Of a DNA stretch of 64,000 nucleotides, positions 26,357 through 39,685 are shown one piece after another. Positions within the stretch are counted from its first letter, which is position 1, and every line of letters starts with the position of its first letter. The stretch covers positions 248,001-312,000 of the forward strand of contig CDPCPM010000274.1 in NCBI GenBank assembly GCA_976551045.1. Direction: 5' to 3'. The stretch comes from Glaucostegus cemiculus (lineage: Eukaryota). The notes under the pieces are model-generated. The model made no database searches. It was not told the DNA's origin and saw only the letters and a list, made by a program, of their open reading frames with translations. A program made the position numbers and the translations under genes.

Positions 26357-26966
26357 TCGATGACTGAAATGAGAGAAAACTTCTTAATACAACGAGTGTA
26401 TACCTACATCACACTTTGGATGCTTAAGGGGGAAAGGGATGCTTGGACTGAGGTGTAGTTCTCTCAGTTACACGGTAGCCGACTCGAGGGTGTAGATTGG
26501 GAGAAGGATTCACTGTCCGCTTCCAAATCACGTGAAATATGGCAGATCAGGATCAAGGTTTTTGAAAGAGAACTGTTCGTCCTATTTACCACTTGCTTAA
26601 AAGTGCTGCGTTGCCAATGAACGACTTACATTACGATGTTCCTTACTGTGAGCTCCTCCGTGGTTCATGTTATTTATAATTACTCAGCACACCACTGTGC
26701 CAGATTCAGAAAATATGATGTGACGCCCATATCTAGCTCCCACTTGACGCCAGTTCCTTGTTTTAAGTTCCCGCTCTTTCAGTCTTTATTGGCTCCATTT
26801 GTCAATCTGTTTATACCAAAAATAAGGTACAGATCCGCATTCCCAAAGTAATTTAAGCCCCCTTCATAATTTCTATTTTTGCAAATTCATTTTATTTTCG
26901 AAGGAAATAAACACGGGTACACGCGTGTACCAATCCAACTTGTAAAACAACAGATATTTTTCGTAC

Positions 26967-26993
26967 CGCTACTTCGTTGGCATTCTTCGAGTT
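26967..26993 (-). CDS. Microexon 23 (27 nt): ELEECQRSS
   Basis: tttttcttttattttag|AACTCGAAGAATGCCAACGAAGTAGCG|gtacga. Confidence 0.82.
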
Positions 26994-27377
26994 CTAAAAT
27001 AAAAGAAAAACTACTTGAGAAATTTAAATTTATGCATAGTTAACAGTTTCCAATTCACGGTTTCCAATTCCGACAGATGTGAAGGTTTTGGTGAGTGCAA
27101 GAAATATATTTTATACATTTTTTAATGCACAAATGTAATTTGTACGCGTCTTTGTACATTTCCAACAGATATTTCTTGGTTTCCTTTGCATCACGCTGCA
27201 AGATTCTTCCCATCTTTAATGTTCTGTTGTGTGGGAGAGAAGTTAATACAAATACATCATTCCATTTTTTAATTTTCAAGCTTTTCTCTTTGCCTTTTCT
27301 CATTGAAGTATATCTAATATATGTAAAGTTTAAAATTCAATATCTTGCATATTAAAACTGGATCCCCCGACTCTTAC

Positions 27378-27404
27378 CTTTAACTTTTTTTTTCAACTTT
27401 CCTT
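27378..27404 (-). CDS. Microexon 22 (27 nt): EGKLKKKVK
   Basis: catcatgtaactacag|AAGGAAAGTTGAAAAAAAAAGTTAAAG|gtaaga. Confidence 0.78.
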
Positions 27405-27932
27405 CTGTAGTTACATGATGCAGATGATAATGTGAACAAAACAATTAGTATTCTGAAAAAAGAACTATAAGATCATTTGGAGGCGGCTCGAAATTCAGAT
27501 GAAAAATAATCTTAAAAACAATTTTTCATTTCCAGCAAATCTTCCTTGTTCTGTTTTCGATATCTACCATCAGCATTACTTTGGATACACGTTGCGGTTA
27601 CAACTTGTCACCTTTGATTAAAATCAGTCGGAATTCGTTCTGCTTAAGTCAGTCAACATAGATGTGTACGGCTGATTTCTTTAAAAATACAATGAGAAAA
27701 TACAAGTGCGAATTTTCACGTCGTTTTTCATACTTCAGCTCCGATTGCCAGAAGGTCATGGAATCATAGAATCGTAAGACACAGAAGCAGGTATTCTGGC
27801 CCCAGCATGCTACCACTTAGAATTTTTTAGCTATAACTTATTCTACTCTTCACAATTTAACGACATTTCAAAAATTGAAATAATAATAATTTAAGATGGG
27901 TCGATAGTGAATATTTTAAAAATGTTTCTCAC

Positions 27933-27968
27933 CGGTACTTTGTAGATTGTCTTTCAATTTTTCTAGTT
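27933..27968 (-). CDS. Microexon 21 (36 nt): ELEKLKDNLQST
   Basis: atacgcttatttccag|AACTAGAAAAATTGAAAGACAATCTACAAAGTACCG|gtgaga. Confidence 0.87.
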
Positions 27969-28660
27969 CTGGAAATAAGCGTATTAAATATTTAATGGTT
28001 ATTTCTTAAAATTTGTTAAATATTGTACAGATTTTCAGGCAAGTACTAATTTTACATTAATGCACTATTATATTTTTGATAGATTGTTATGTAGATAGCT
28101 CCTTATTATGTCCTTTTTGAGACTATCCTGAAAATGATTAGGAAATATTCACTGTTGAAATGGTAAGGTAGATTTCATCGCAAGGCGACGAGGCTTTTGA
28201 CATCAGAACGTGAAAACAAGTACGTCTTAAGTGTTGCTTTCCTGGGTGCATATTTTACATTTTACTAAATTCTTTACTGACAAGGTTGGAAATATCTATG
28301 GTTCTAGCAATTTTGTTCTGGTGTACTTTTCTGTGCAGAGTGTAATGTTGGGTATTTTTACTGACAATGCTCGTTTTAAATAAGCAATGATTTAACAAAA
28401 TAATCTATTACATATATGTGCATTACATTGCCCTCTGTTGCTAAACTTAGACTGACAAAGTTTTCCGTAGATCGAAGGGCTCTAATATGCAGACACATAC
28501 TCTCCACATATTTCCATTTCTTCATTGCTGCTGGATGAATATTCTGTAATTTTCTTCCCAACAATATCGAAAACACACAGATTGCCATTACATTTTGAAA
28601 GAGAATTCAGGATGAAAAACAACTTTCCGCCATGCATAAAGAGACCAGATCCACCGCCCC

Positions 28661-28830
28661 NNNNNNNNNNNNNNNNNNNNNNNNNNNNNNNNNNNNNNNN
28701 NNNNNNNNNNNNNNNNNNNNNNNNNNNNNNNNNNNNNNNNNNNNNNNNNNNNNNNNNNNNNNNNNNNNNNNNNNNNNNNNNNNNNNNNNNNNNNNNNNNN
28801 NNNNNNNNNNNNNNNNNNNNNNNNNNNNNN
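28661..28830. other. Assembly gap
   Basis: Run of N. Confidence 1.
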
Positions 28831-29366
28831 AATGTTGACAAAAATGCTGAAAGCAATTGAGGAAGTTCTAGTATGTTCCCAGAGGACATGACATGAAAAT
28901 GATAAAGATGTATTATTATTAGCGTTATTATTTGCGCATTAAAAGTAAATATTATTAGCGTACCTGCAGTCTTCATTGAAAGTGTGTTTTCTTCCCAACC
29001 AAAAATAAGCGGAACAATTAAAAAAAAGTAGTTAGGATATCACGTACTTCCATCTCTAACCCAATCCCATAAACGTGTTCACAGTTATTGGATAAAGACG
29101 ATGCTATGAAATTTTTACTGCATTCTGTCTAAAAATTTAAAAATATTAAGTAACTGAATGCAATCAGTTAAACGCTTCTCCAGCAAACTGAATATATCTG
29201 ATATAGTTACTTAAAGAGCCTTTGACACGTGCATGTTGATTTTTCACCATACGTTCGTATTTAAAATTAAACATGCCAGCAGTAGCTGCGCCTGACAAAA
29301 GTCAGACAAAATAAACTGCCGGACGATAATTCGTTCCAGTGGTGACTTTGCTAGATTTATGGATAC

Positions 29367-29399
29367 CCTTCTGGTGGCTCAGGTTGTCTCTCACCGCTC
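29367..29399 (-). CDS. Tentative microexon (33 nt): GAVRDNLSHQK
   Basis: gtagtttctttcacag|GAGCGGTGAGAGACAACCTGAGCCACCAGAAGG|gtatcc; strong acceptor, weak donor. Confidence 0.3.
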
Positions 29400-30056
29400 C
29401 TGTGAAAGAAACTACAAATGTCACAGGTAGGTTCAATAGCAGATCTCTGTGCATCTGCCTCTCGCTGTGCCACTGAGTTCACTGTTAAGTGGAAAGAAGG
29501 AAGGAAAATACGCGAAACTTTGCGATAGGTTGCTGTGTTACATCTGGCTTCTCTGCTTTATGACAGCTATGGCACGTGTAACTATTGTGACCATTCACGT
29601 GAATGAACCATCCCCAGTGATGAAGTAGGTAAATGCAAGTACGTAGACTGTTTTCTTCGTATCTGCTTCTGTTCATGCTTTAGTTATTTTCTATCAACTG
29701 AATATATTCTGAAGTAAAATCATTATTTCATACTTGTATTTTTTTTATCTTTTAAATATTATGGAAATCATTTATTTATACTGGGATAATTTCAATTGTT
29801 TCAGATTCTCCAGAAAAATAAATCAGTTTCTGTTTTTTACCTAATGATCTGTTAATGCGCCATTCGGTTGGCATATATGAGCACTTCATAATAAACCATC
29901 ATAGAATCCGGAAAGTCGCAGCATCCAATTTGCCTGGCTATTGTTTCCCTTCCTCCACAAATAGCAAGGCGCCTGAAAGGCCGTCACTTAGAACACGATT
30001 TAACCTAATGGCAAATTTGAATGGGATATAAATCAACGTTCAATGAAGGCATGTAC

Positions 30057-30092
30057 CTTTTTCTTGTTGATTTAGGTGCAGCCTATCCAATT
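30057..30092 (-). CDS. Microexon 20 (36 nt): ELDRLHLNQQEK
   Basis: cattgtcttaattttag|AATTGGATAGGCTGCACCTAAATCAACAAGAAAAAG|gtacat. Confidence 0.82.
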
Positions 30093-30644
30093 CTAAAATT
30101 AAGACAATGTTTCTGGTCAGTCCGTTATAAGTCCGTTTCCAATGCAACCTTTCACATTGCATACGAATACAATGAATCGTGATATCGTGCAACTGCAAAT
30201 TCTAATAGACAAACTGGTTAATAAGTACTACAGTCTAAATTTCTTAACTTAGAAATGTCGCCCTCAATATTATGGAATGATAGACTGTTGTGTTTTCCGA
30301 AAACAACCTTCCTTATTTACACTTCATTATATAACTGCCAAAATGCAAATGGAATCAATTCAAAGAGGTAATCTGACAACTGAAGCAAATTATCTCTGGG
30401 GTTTCTATGAAAGTACTTCAAATGAACTAGAGACAAACAAACACGCAAGAAATATTAAATAAAAGAAAAAAAACCCAACAAAACCAACGCCGGAATGTCT
30501 GAGCAGACTAAACCGGCACCCGTGGAAATATAAATTGTTTTGGCGATTCAGGTCGAAACCGCTTCGTTATAACTTGGGAAGAGAGAAAACAAGTTAGTCT
30601 TTCGGTGAAGCCACCAAGGGAAAACGTTCATGAGGGAAGCCTGT

Positions 30645-30767
30645 GTATGGTTGTGTGTATGTATGCGTGCGTGCGTATGTATGCGTGCGTGCGCATGTGT
30701 GTGTATGTGCGAGCGCGTGAATGTGAGACAGAGAGCGAGAAACAAAGAGGAGAGCAAAAGATAGATA

Positions 30768-30799
<32 letters not shown>

Positions 30800-30820
30800 G
30801 AGAGAGAAAGCGATAGAGAG
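30645..30820. repeat. Compound (GT/GTGC/GTAT)n-(GA)n microsatellite
   Basis: Directly visible. Confidence 0.9.
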
Positions 30821-31000
30821 GAACCGTTTTTCTCTTTCTAAATTCTTATGAAACGTCATCACATTTTCTCCTTCAATTATTACCGCCTGATGTGTCGAGT
30901 TTTCAAGGTTTTTCTATTTTCTTTCTGATTTTCAGCATCTTTATTTTTCTGAAGTAAATTATAAATGCAAATTGAATGTCCAAAATGTTCAAACAAGTAC

Positions 31001-31027
31001 CATTATCTTTGGCGAGCAGTTCTTGTC
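31001..31027 (-). CDS. Microexon 19 (27 nt): xQELLAKDN
   Basis: gggtttttttcag|GACAAGAACTGCTCGCCAAAGATAATG|gtactt. Confidence 0.8.
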
Positions 31028-31799
31028 CTGAAAAAAACCCAACCGTAAACACATCTTAGAACTGCATTTTACACAGAACACGCTTAGGCTACTGGGGAAA
31101 TACTTAAGGATGTTAGAAAATAAAAGAAATGCTTTGTTTCTAATTCAAACCAAATATCATGATGCAACCTGTTGAGGATATTATTCGTTCACTTTTAAAA
31201 TTCAATTTATTCGCTATAAAGTTAATTATGGAACTGCAGGTTCTTGTGAAGATTGGAATCCTCCCGCCCTTACATTCAGAAATGCAGCTGTTGAAAGCTG
31301 TCCAGAAGGGATGTTAGTTAATGAATATGGACTGCTAAATGAGAATGGTGTCCGTTTCAAATATAAATACATTTGATAATAGCTGTTTATGCATAATTGT
31401 ATCCCATGACCTTCTGAAACACCCACTTTATGAACTTATTTATCGTCATCAAGCAACATTACAGACTTACATATCTAACGGCTGATAATATTCCGATTTC
31501 ACATTCATGGGGCTTCCAGTCACCACTTAGGAGATGTAATTTCCTAATTTATTAAGCTAATCAGTTTCTTACTTCTCAGTTATGGTGTTCAAAGATCGTA
31601 CATGTTCCACTTTTGTTGGTTTCTTGATCTAGCATTTTCTACCCACAGCTTCCTTAAAGTGACAATGAGATCAGCTGCAAATTTCAAAATTCTGGAAAGC
31701 TTAGTCCATTTCGCTCAATGTTTCCTCATTGGAGGACCTCGCCATTCTGGGAGCCAAGCTAGCGAACATTCGACGCAGCACATTATTCGCTAGTAAGAA

Positions 31800-32030
31800 C
31801 TTTTACAAGTTAGAGAATAGAGTTGTACAGTATGTTCCAGATGCTTTTCACCAAAGCTTTATAAGAAGTTGAAAGCCGCTTCTAATTCGGAATGTTCTTG
31901 CATTGAGGGTTAACATACCATTCGTCTTCCTCATTGCTTGCTGTACCTTCGCATTAACCTGCAGTGATTCGTGTGCAAAGGTACTTAGATCCCCCTCAAC
32001 ATCAAATCTGCTGAAATCAGTCTCTCGACA
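31800..32030 (-). mobile_element. CR1 ORF2 remnant
   Basis: HESLQVNAKVQQAMRKTNGMLTLNAR in ORF 31848-32147. Confidence 0.7.
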
Positions 32031-32390
32031 GTTTGACCATGAGGCCCATAGCCTTTCAAGATAACACATTAACCTCAGCATTTTCTCAGGGATAGCAACG
32101 GACAGACAATAAATTGCTTGCCTGCATTCGAAACTAACTTTGAACAACTCTGCAACTACTCAGAACTTGATTTCTAGCATCCTCATCTGGGTTCTCAATG
32201 TAAGGAACTTGCAATAAAATATGCATTATCAGACGTGCTCAATGCGTGGTCATTATATTTTCATTAGTAACAATATATCGCATATAAGCCGCAGTGGCTT
32301 GATTCCCTGTCTGCAGAGCACTAGAAAATCCCTAACATCAATGTTCATGTTATGCGTCCTGAGATGAGGGAATGAGAATTGAATACTAAC

Positions 32391-32417
32391 TCGTAGATTC
32401 ACGAAGAGCATGCAGTT
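32391..32417 (-). CDS. Microexon 18 (27 nt): ELHALREST
   Basis: tactctttttcttcag|AACTGCATGCTCTTCGTGAATCTACGA|gttagt. Confidence 0.75.
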
Positions 32418-32536
32418 CTGAAGAAAAAGAGTATAATTATTTGTCATTTCAGAAAAGCCAAACATGAAATACTCTATGACTTTGAAAAGTTGTCAGCGAT
32501 ATTATCATATCAAACCAACTTAACCGATCAACATAC

Positions 32537-32563
32537 CCGCCCTGAGTGCATCTAATCGCTCAT
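32537..32563 (-). CDS. Microexon 17 (27 nt): DERLDALRA
   Basis: gtgttgtattttacag|ATGAGCGATTAGATGCACTCAGGGCGG|gtatgt. Confidence 0.82.
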
Positions 32564-33293
32564 CTGTAAAATACAACACGTTCTTGAATGTAATCTTTGT
32601 CGCAACGACTAGGTTACATTGACATATAACTTAACTTTGTAGCATTGCTAAAAGTTAATAAAGGGGATAGTGTTCAAACCAGCTTCCTCCTGCTATTGCC
32701 TGATGAACCCGTTTGCTTGAGGTTACAAGACCTCTTTGCTAAGAGTATCACTCTATGCCCCATATACTTGAAGTAGGCAGAGAAAACGATTATGCTCCAG
32801 GCAACATATTGTTGACGCCGCGCCCCTAAGAAATATATATGACATCTGACGGCAACTTAAAGCTTTACATACTATCCAGAGACTGCTCAGCATTTTTAGG
32901 ATTCTGTTTTTGGTTTATTTAACGATTCTGATCTGCCTTTCACGGATTCAACATGTTTCCTTTCTACGCGTTTTCTCCCTCCCTCTAATATAGTAACTAA
33001 GCAGTTCTGCAAACATCGGTATTGCCTTGAAAACACGAGGCTCACCCCATCGGAGATATTGAATTTATCCTTCCAGGTCTTAACACCAACACCAACGTAA
33101 AACTATCTTTTTTTTCTGTATCACTTCTACTTCCTAGGAAGGATTTTCAACCCAAAATGGTAACTACGTTTCTATTTCCACAACGAACGTCTGACCTGCG
33201 GAGTGTTTCCCGACGTTGTGGTTTTAGTTCAATTACCATTGTCTGCTGTATTTCATTTTTAACTATATCACCGTCAATTTTTGTACGACTCAC

Positions 33294-33317
33294 CACTGCC
33301 CATCAAATTGTCCTGGT
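33294..33317 (-). CDS. Microexon 16 (24 nt): DQDNLMGS
   Basis: gttctttttaactacgcag|ACCAGGACAATTTGATGGGCAGTG|gtgagt. Confidence 0.78.
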
Positions 33318-33480
33318 CTGCGTAGTTAAAAAGAACATGCAAATAAAGTAACAGCAAAAAAAAACCTATCATCATCATTAACATCATCACCAAATCATCA
33401 AAGTGATCTTTCCTAGCATTCTATTAAGTGCTTGCTAATGCTATAATAAGAAAGCAAACCGTCATACTTGCTGTGTTTAC

Positions 33481-33507
33481 CTGCTTCCAGAATGATAACC
33501 CTTTGTT
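33481..33507 (-). CDS. Microexon 15 (27 nt): EQRVIILEA
   Basis: cctaattttactcaacag|AACAAAGGGTTATCATTCTGGAAGCAG|gtaaac. Confidence 0.78.
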
Positions 33508-34235
33508 CTGTTGAGTAAAATTAGGAAAGAATTTATTAAGCGGAAATGTTAAGTTTTGAAAAATCAGACTTCCGGATTTCCATTCTATCAAAGGTACAAC
33601 CTTTGGACATAAACTAGTTGAAACTGCATGTTTTATGAAAGTTAGACAACAGCAAACAGCAGCAAAGTTTGCAAAGAGCAGTGTTTTGAAGGGAGGAAAC
33701 TTATTTAAATATTAGGGACGTGGAGGAAGTAGTCGTAGAATTCTATTGGTATTTTTGCATTCATATTCAGGGGACTAGAACACACGGTGGGTATCACATA
33801 TTACAGTGTTAAACAGCCGCGGATAGTCTACCAAACAGGGGATTATGAACAGATTTACGTTCAAAACAAACATTTATGAGTCTGTCTTGGGCATTTGAGA
33901 TCGGGGATAGTGGAGGTTGCCGAAATGGAGCAGAGATTACTAACTAAAGCGTGCGATTGTTAGATTTCTTCTCAGCCTGAGGCCTTCGGTAACATGGAGG
34001 AAAGAACAGCCTATGGAGGTAGATCATTTGTCAGACACGATTTTATATTTCCCTGTTTCTGACATGGATTTATAATTAAATGGAGTTCCGTCGGTCGAAT
34101 TTTGCCGCGGGCGATATGCCAGAACAGCGAGGTTTCAGAACACACGCTGTAATATTCCTAGCAGATAAATAATTGAAATCACTGCAGCATGTCACACAAG
34201 ATGGCTGACAGCCAGAGCCATTATCTTACACGCAC

Positions 34236-34271
34236 CTGAAATTTGAAGCATTCTGTTCAGTTCGGCTTTTT
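34236..34271 (-). CDS. Microexon 14 (36 nt): EKAELNRMLQIS
   Basis: T-tract+ccag|AAAAAGCCGAACTGAACAGAATGCTTCAAATTTCAG|gtgcgt. Confidence 0.83.
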
Positions 34272-34767
34272 CTGGAAAAAAAAGTCAACATTTTCACTGA
34301 AAGCTCAGGTGTTCTTGTCAATTATAGACATGTTTCAGACCAGTGGACGCGTGCTCTCGATTTTAAAGTGGAAGTTCCAGAACCCAGTCAAAGCATACGC
34401 TTTCTGCGTTGAGAAAACAGAGTAATTCGTTCCACAGAGAGAGTGTTTTCCTGCTTGGGTTGTTTTGTTTCTCGCTATTTCCCGTGGATGCCGAAAGTTT
34501 CTGAATCTGTGCAATTGAAACGATACCGACACCTGATCCAATTTCCTGCTGCAAGGCGGAATAAAATTAGTTTTGAACATTGGTTAATGTCAAACGTACT
34601 TAAGCAGCCTTGTGATAATTTAGTGAAATACAATTTAAAAAAAGTATTTTGTTCAATGAAACATTAGTTATAACGGCACAATCTTTTCAACGAAGTTTCG
34701 TGTGAATGTGCACTGAAACAATTACAGATTGAGTATTGGAGATGGCGGCGACGAATGAGTAAACTCT

Positions 34768-35435
34768 GAATCATAGAATCATAGGACCATGGGATTATAC
34801 ATCACAGGATTGGAGCCTTTCAGCACTTCTCGTCCATGCCGACCGTGATAAAGATTTGCCTGAATTAGGCCCATATCCTGCTACGGCTTACTTATCTTAG
34901 TAGCTGTCCAACTCTCTTCTAACTTTGTAATTGTAACTACATCTACCATATCCTCTGGAAGCTCGTTCCAGACAACTATCAGCTTCCGTATAAAAACCTT
35001 ACGCCTTACATTTTCTTCACACTTGTCTACTCCCTCTTTAAACGGTTCCCTCTTGTTCTAGATTTCCCCCGCCCTGGGAAAAAACTTTGACCTTCTACCC
35101 GATATAGGCTCCTCACAATTTTACAAACCTCGATAAATTTACCCCTCAGATTTCTACCTCCTAGCGCGAAAAAACACAGCCTATCAAATCTCTCCTTATA
35201 ACTGCAGTCCTCCATTTCAGACAATAGTCTGGTTAATCTGTTGTGTACTCATTGCTCCAACATCCTTGCTGTTGTGTAGAGGCCTGAAATGTGCGGTTCA
35301 ACGAGTATTTTGTGGAAATGAAACACGATGACTCACCTCATAAATAACGCCGCGACCCACGAAGCCATGTATAACAAATGCCTCCTTCACCACCAGATCC
35401 ACTTGTGTCACTACTTGCAGCCAGCTATGGACATG
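34768..35435 (-). mobile_element. CR1 LINE 3' portion with (CATAGAAT)n tail
   Basis: ORF 35027-35224 SYKERFDRLCFFALGGRNLRGKFIEVCKIVRSLYRV; gaatcatagaatcatag tail. Confidence 0.8.
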
Positions 35436-36287
35436 TTTAAACAGTGTGATTTTATGATGGAAAATGCGAAGTTTTCCAATTGACCACCGTTTGCTGAGAC
35501 TTCAGCATACATTTAAAGTTCTCAATATGATTTAATAGCACATGGAGTACAAAATAAGTACTTCGTGCAATTTGCTATTCGTAAACTTTGCACTCGAAAA
35601 TTATTGCAAACTGGCAGGTGAAATGGGAAAGGTTGATGTTCGGAAATTTGGCAACGATTAAGTGTGTACCTGACACGTTTAATATAAAAATGTTTATTAA
35701 GAATTCTTCGTAAAACACCACGATAAGAGATCAATAAACAGCCAAAGAGGAAAGAGTTGTCTTTTCTATATTCCACCCTTCAAAATAATAATGTCATTGC
35801 ATTTTTAATTTTAATGCTTGTAAGCTGACGAATGTGTCACTACAATCACCACAAAATTCCATAAAGTACATCCTTTCTTTTATTTATTATATTACCATTG
35901 GACATGACTAGTGTGTTGCTGGTGAATGTATCGTGCAGGTTGTGTTCCTCTCAGTCGGTTTAGTGTAACGCAGAATTAGATGCCAGACGACTAAGCAACC
36001 AAGGATTTTCAGGGCTTTTTACCTGAGGGACGTAGCTTAATTGTGTAATCCAGTTAAACATCCTCGAATGTATGCGAGGAAAGTAAATTGCGATTATTTG
36101 TATATGGTTAATTAAAGTAACATGCATTCTTAGGTAAGATTAAGCGATCGTAGCTTGTACTGCTGTACTCGGTTGACTGCGTAAACAACATGCAAGTAAA
36201 ACTAAATCAGCTGATTTTCAGATCTTCAGATTATTTTGCAGTGGGGATTTAAAGTAAAATTAAACCTTGTTCAGAACAGTGTTGACA

Positions 36288-36381
36288 ATTTCCCATTAAT
36301 TGGGATACATAGTAAGTTTGTTTTGTTAATGATTAAAATGAAACAAAACAAACTTACTATGTATCCCAATTAATGGGAAAT
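36288..36381. repeat. Perfect inverted repeat/hairpin, 40-bp arms, 14-nt loop
   Basis: atttcccattaattgggatacatagtaagtttgttttgtt (36288-36327) is the exact reverse complement of 36342-36381. Confidence 0.97.
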
Positions 36382-36768
36382 CCCACCAGCGACGTAAGGA
36401 GGTTGCTTGTGCATGAAAGGAAAGTTTCAAGCACAGACGAAAATCTCCGAGGTGTCGTTACCATGAAGTTCACGGAATTTACAGAAGACAACTCTTGATT
36501 ATGTATTATTTTACATGAATCGATTTCGGACGTCTCTTCGATACAGCAGCAGATAATAGAATTACGTTTTGTTCATTCTGTACAAACTCTAATAAAACTC
36601 ATTACAGTAAAATAAGAAGAAAAGATTTAAATATTTTGTACTTTCACTGAAGGGGGAGGTGCGGTGGGTGGAAGAGGGCATAACACTCGCCGATGGAACA
36701 TTATCCAACCCATTGAAACGTTTGCACAGCGAAGACATTGGAGAATCAATCTACCCGGGGAATATTAC

Positions 36769-36795
36769 CTCTATCTTTTAACTCTTTCTCTTTTT
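36769..36795 (-). CDS. Microexon 13 (27 nt): EKEKELKDR
   Basis: cctttgattctttgcag|AAAAAGAGAAAGAGTTAAAAGATAGAG|gtaata. Confidence 0.83.
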
Positions 36796-36956
36796 CTGCA
36801 AAGAATCAAAGGAAAACGTTATGAAAGAGAACGCGCCTTCCATGGACAACTCCTTCTCAAAGTAGTTAATTAATTACTTCATGTTATATTTCTAATTCTG
36901 ATCCAAGTAATATGTTCGATTTGTCGCCGCTGTACTAATTGTTTCTATCAATGTAC

Positions 36957-36977
36957 TTGATCGTCTTGTGTTGATTG
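36957..36977 (-). CDS. Tentative microexon (21 nt): AINTRRS
   Basis: aattcttatttccag|CAATCAACACAAGACGATCAA|gtacat; good acceptor, weak donor. Confidence 0.3.
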
Positions 36978-38899
36978 CTGGAAATAAGAATTTGGAAAAG
37001 AAGGTGATCCTCTCGTGGCATTTATGTTTCCGCGTGTCTGCGACAAGGAGCTTATGCGAGGACCAGCTGCTCATTGAAAAATATATAGAAATGCTCTTCA
37101 TCGTCACAGGACAGAGCTGTGGAGAAATGTGTTGCTGCTGGCAGTTTTCAATGATTTCATTTCTTCATCAGAAGACATGATTGCTGAGCCACATTATATT
37201 GAAACCCATGATAGCTAGTTATTGGGATAGCAAATAAATAATACTTTACAAGGATGTCATTCAGGACTAACGATCAGATCAGGCAAACTTCTAAATTTAG
37301 AAGCGTTTAGAAAGTTCACTGAACTTTATACTCTTACATTTTATCTTATTATGATATGAATACTTGTGTATCAACCGCAACCGATATTAACACCTAACTT
37401 ATTCCTCGCAATAGTCAAGTGCCACAGTATATCCGCAGGAAAGCCACGTTAATGACGTCAAGGGCATATTTGCCGTCTTATTTTTGAATTGTGCTCATTG
37501 TCCTTTACTGTTAGGATATCACCAAACCCCTGGATAACAGGAAACAGGTCTAGATGTTGCTTATTTAATTGCTTAGTCGACATTGCAGGAAATAAAATTA
37601 TTGAAAATTATAGCAGGTTTGCCGTTATCTTCATGGGGCAATGCACTTTGATGTTAATGGATCTATGATCTACAGATTTGCAAGAGGAAGTTGTAGCTAA
37701 GTGAGATGTATTATTGGCGCAGTGAACGATTTTTTCATATGGTCATCATATCTGCACAATCCAGATTTATGTTACTGAACATTACAGGAATGCATGCACG
37801 TAAAATGCAGACTTATCTCACCTCTTGCTTATGGAATGGCGATCTTAAAAATCTGAGTAGTTTAACACAATTGGTTTCTTGCCCCCGATTTCATGATTGC
37901 CACAACCGGCCAATGAAGATTAGCTACATTCAATGGACTTGTTTGTTCAAATTAATACTCCGACTATTTATTTTAAATACCACATTCCCAAGTAATTTTC
38001 ATGTCGAATGAAGTTTATCATGTATGTCATTTCGTTTATTTTCACTGTTCTCTGATTTTCTTACTTACATATCTTTTACCCTCTGATATTCCCCATCAGA
38101 TATATCGCCAGGCGGTTGAGGAGACAAAAGCCTTCAGAAGGCCGTCAAAATATCTCTGGCATATGGTGGTTTCAGTTTGAAGTACGCGAGGCCGATTCTC
38201 CGCTTGTACCCCACCCTGTCTTGTTCAAAAGCCGTGGCACCCGGCTTTCTTGCTCACAGGCAGCCACCATGTTGCAAAGTTAATGCGAATTTGTCAATTA
38301 CGGAGAATTAGAACAAAAATTTGTGCTTGGTAAATAAAGGACAAACCGATGTCGTAGGGATCATCCTTAAAGATACAGCTGAATCTTAGCTCCATCTCAT
38401 TAGTAATGATGCTAACAATAGCAATATAATTGATAACGAATTCCCCTTAAGCCTGGAAGGAAATCCTCGCTTGCTTCAGTAAAATCACGCGATCACTATA
38501 CATTCACCAATCTCAAAGTAAAGACAAGAACTGGTAAGCATTATCGTCTCGTTACCCACAGTTGCCATTATAAAGGTAAGTGTTAACATCAAGTTCGTTC
38601 GGCTTTTGGTCACTGTCCATATTACATCGGACTTCGTCATTGTAAATATGACACATTCCCCACACGAGAGAGCCGGATAAAATTGATGTCTTCCAAGAAG
38701 GAAGGAATTTATTTCAACACCCTAGTGCTTTGATATTGAAATTACATTTAATAAATTAAATATTAACTTCTAAATTTGAGAACCCAAGACTGGTCACTTA
38801 TCACACTCCTGGTGCCCTGATGTACTCAAAGGACGTCCATAATTTTGCAGTTTAAGTAAAAATGCATTTGGCTGATGGAAACATGAAACACTTCAAGTT

Positions 38900-39230
38900 T
38901 AAGAGTAAAATGAATGGCAGCAAGAGCAGTCCAGCCTCATGGACCGATTCAAAACCATGGTTGATCTTGAATCACAACCAATTTCCTGATTGATCCCCAA
39001 ATCCAGTTCTCTAACATCCAGATATTTATCTACCTCACATTTGCATGCAACCAAGGATCTGCACATCCTTCCACGGCAGAGAATTGTAAAGATCCATCAG
39101 GCTTGGTGTGAAGACATTTCTCATCATTTCAGTACTATATAGCATACCCAATGTACTGTGACTTTGGCTCTTATTTCTGGTTCCTCAGTAAAGAGAAAGA
39201 CCATCCCCATGTTTACTTGCAGAGACACAA
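38900..39230 (-). mobile_element. CR1-like 3' remnant
   Basis: ccatggttgatc...tttatctacctc...ggcagagaattgtaaagat...gtgaagacatttctcatc pattern; approximate. Confidence 0.5.
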
Positions 39231-39658
39231 GTTAATTGAGTATTTTACTCAGAAAATGCACGGAAAAAGCACAATAGCGTTGCCTATGAACTAGTTAAAA
39301 CACACCAAATGACACTTTTGATTTTGTTGTTCATGAATGATGAAGCCTTGGAATAAATATTCTCTAATAAGTTTCTAAGCGTGCGATAGGACACTTTAAG
39401 AAGAATCTGTTAAATGGTCATCTGTTTCAAACAATATGAACAGAATAGTAGCCATGCTTCCAATTTGCTTTGCTATTTTATTTGTTGCAGCTTTAACCTA
39501 ATAATTTTAGATGAAGCAAGCAAATGGTTGTGTGAGGGTGTAGGATATACACAGTTTCTCAATTATTACCATTATATTTTCTTTCATTTCTGTTCCATAA
39601 ACAAATATGGGACCCCCGTAGAGTTCTGACAGAAGTATTGAGCGGTGTTATTACGAAC

Positions 39659-39685
39659 CTGAAGTTTTAATAAGATTTTCCAGCT
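39659..39685 (-). CDS. Microexon 12 (27 nt): ELENLIKTS
   Basis: tcattacttcacttaacag|AGCTGGAAAATCTTATTAAAACTTCAG|gttcgt. Confidence 0.78.
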
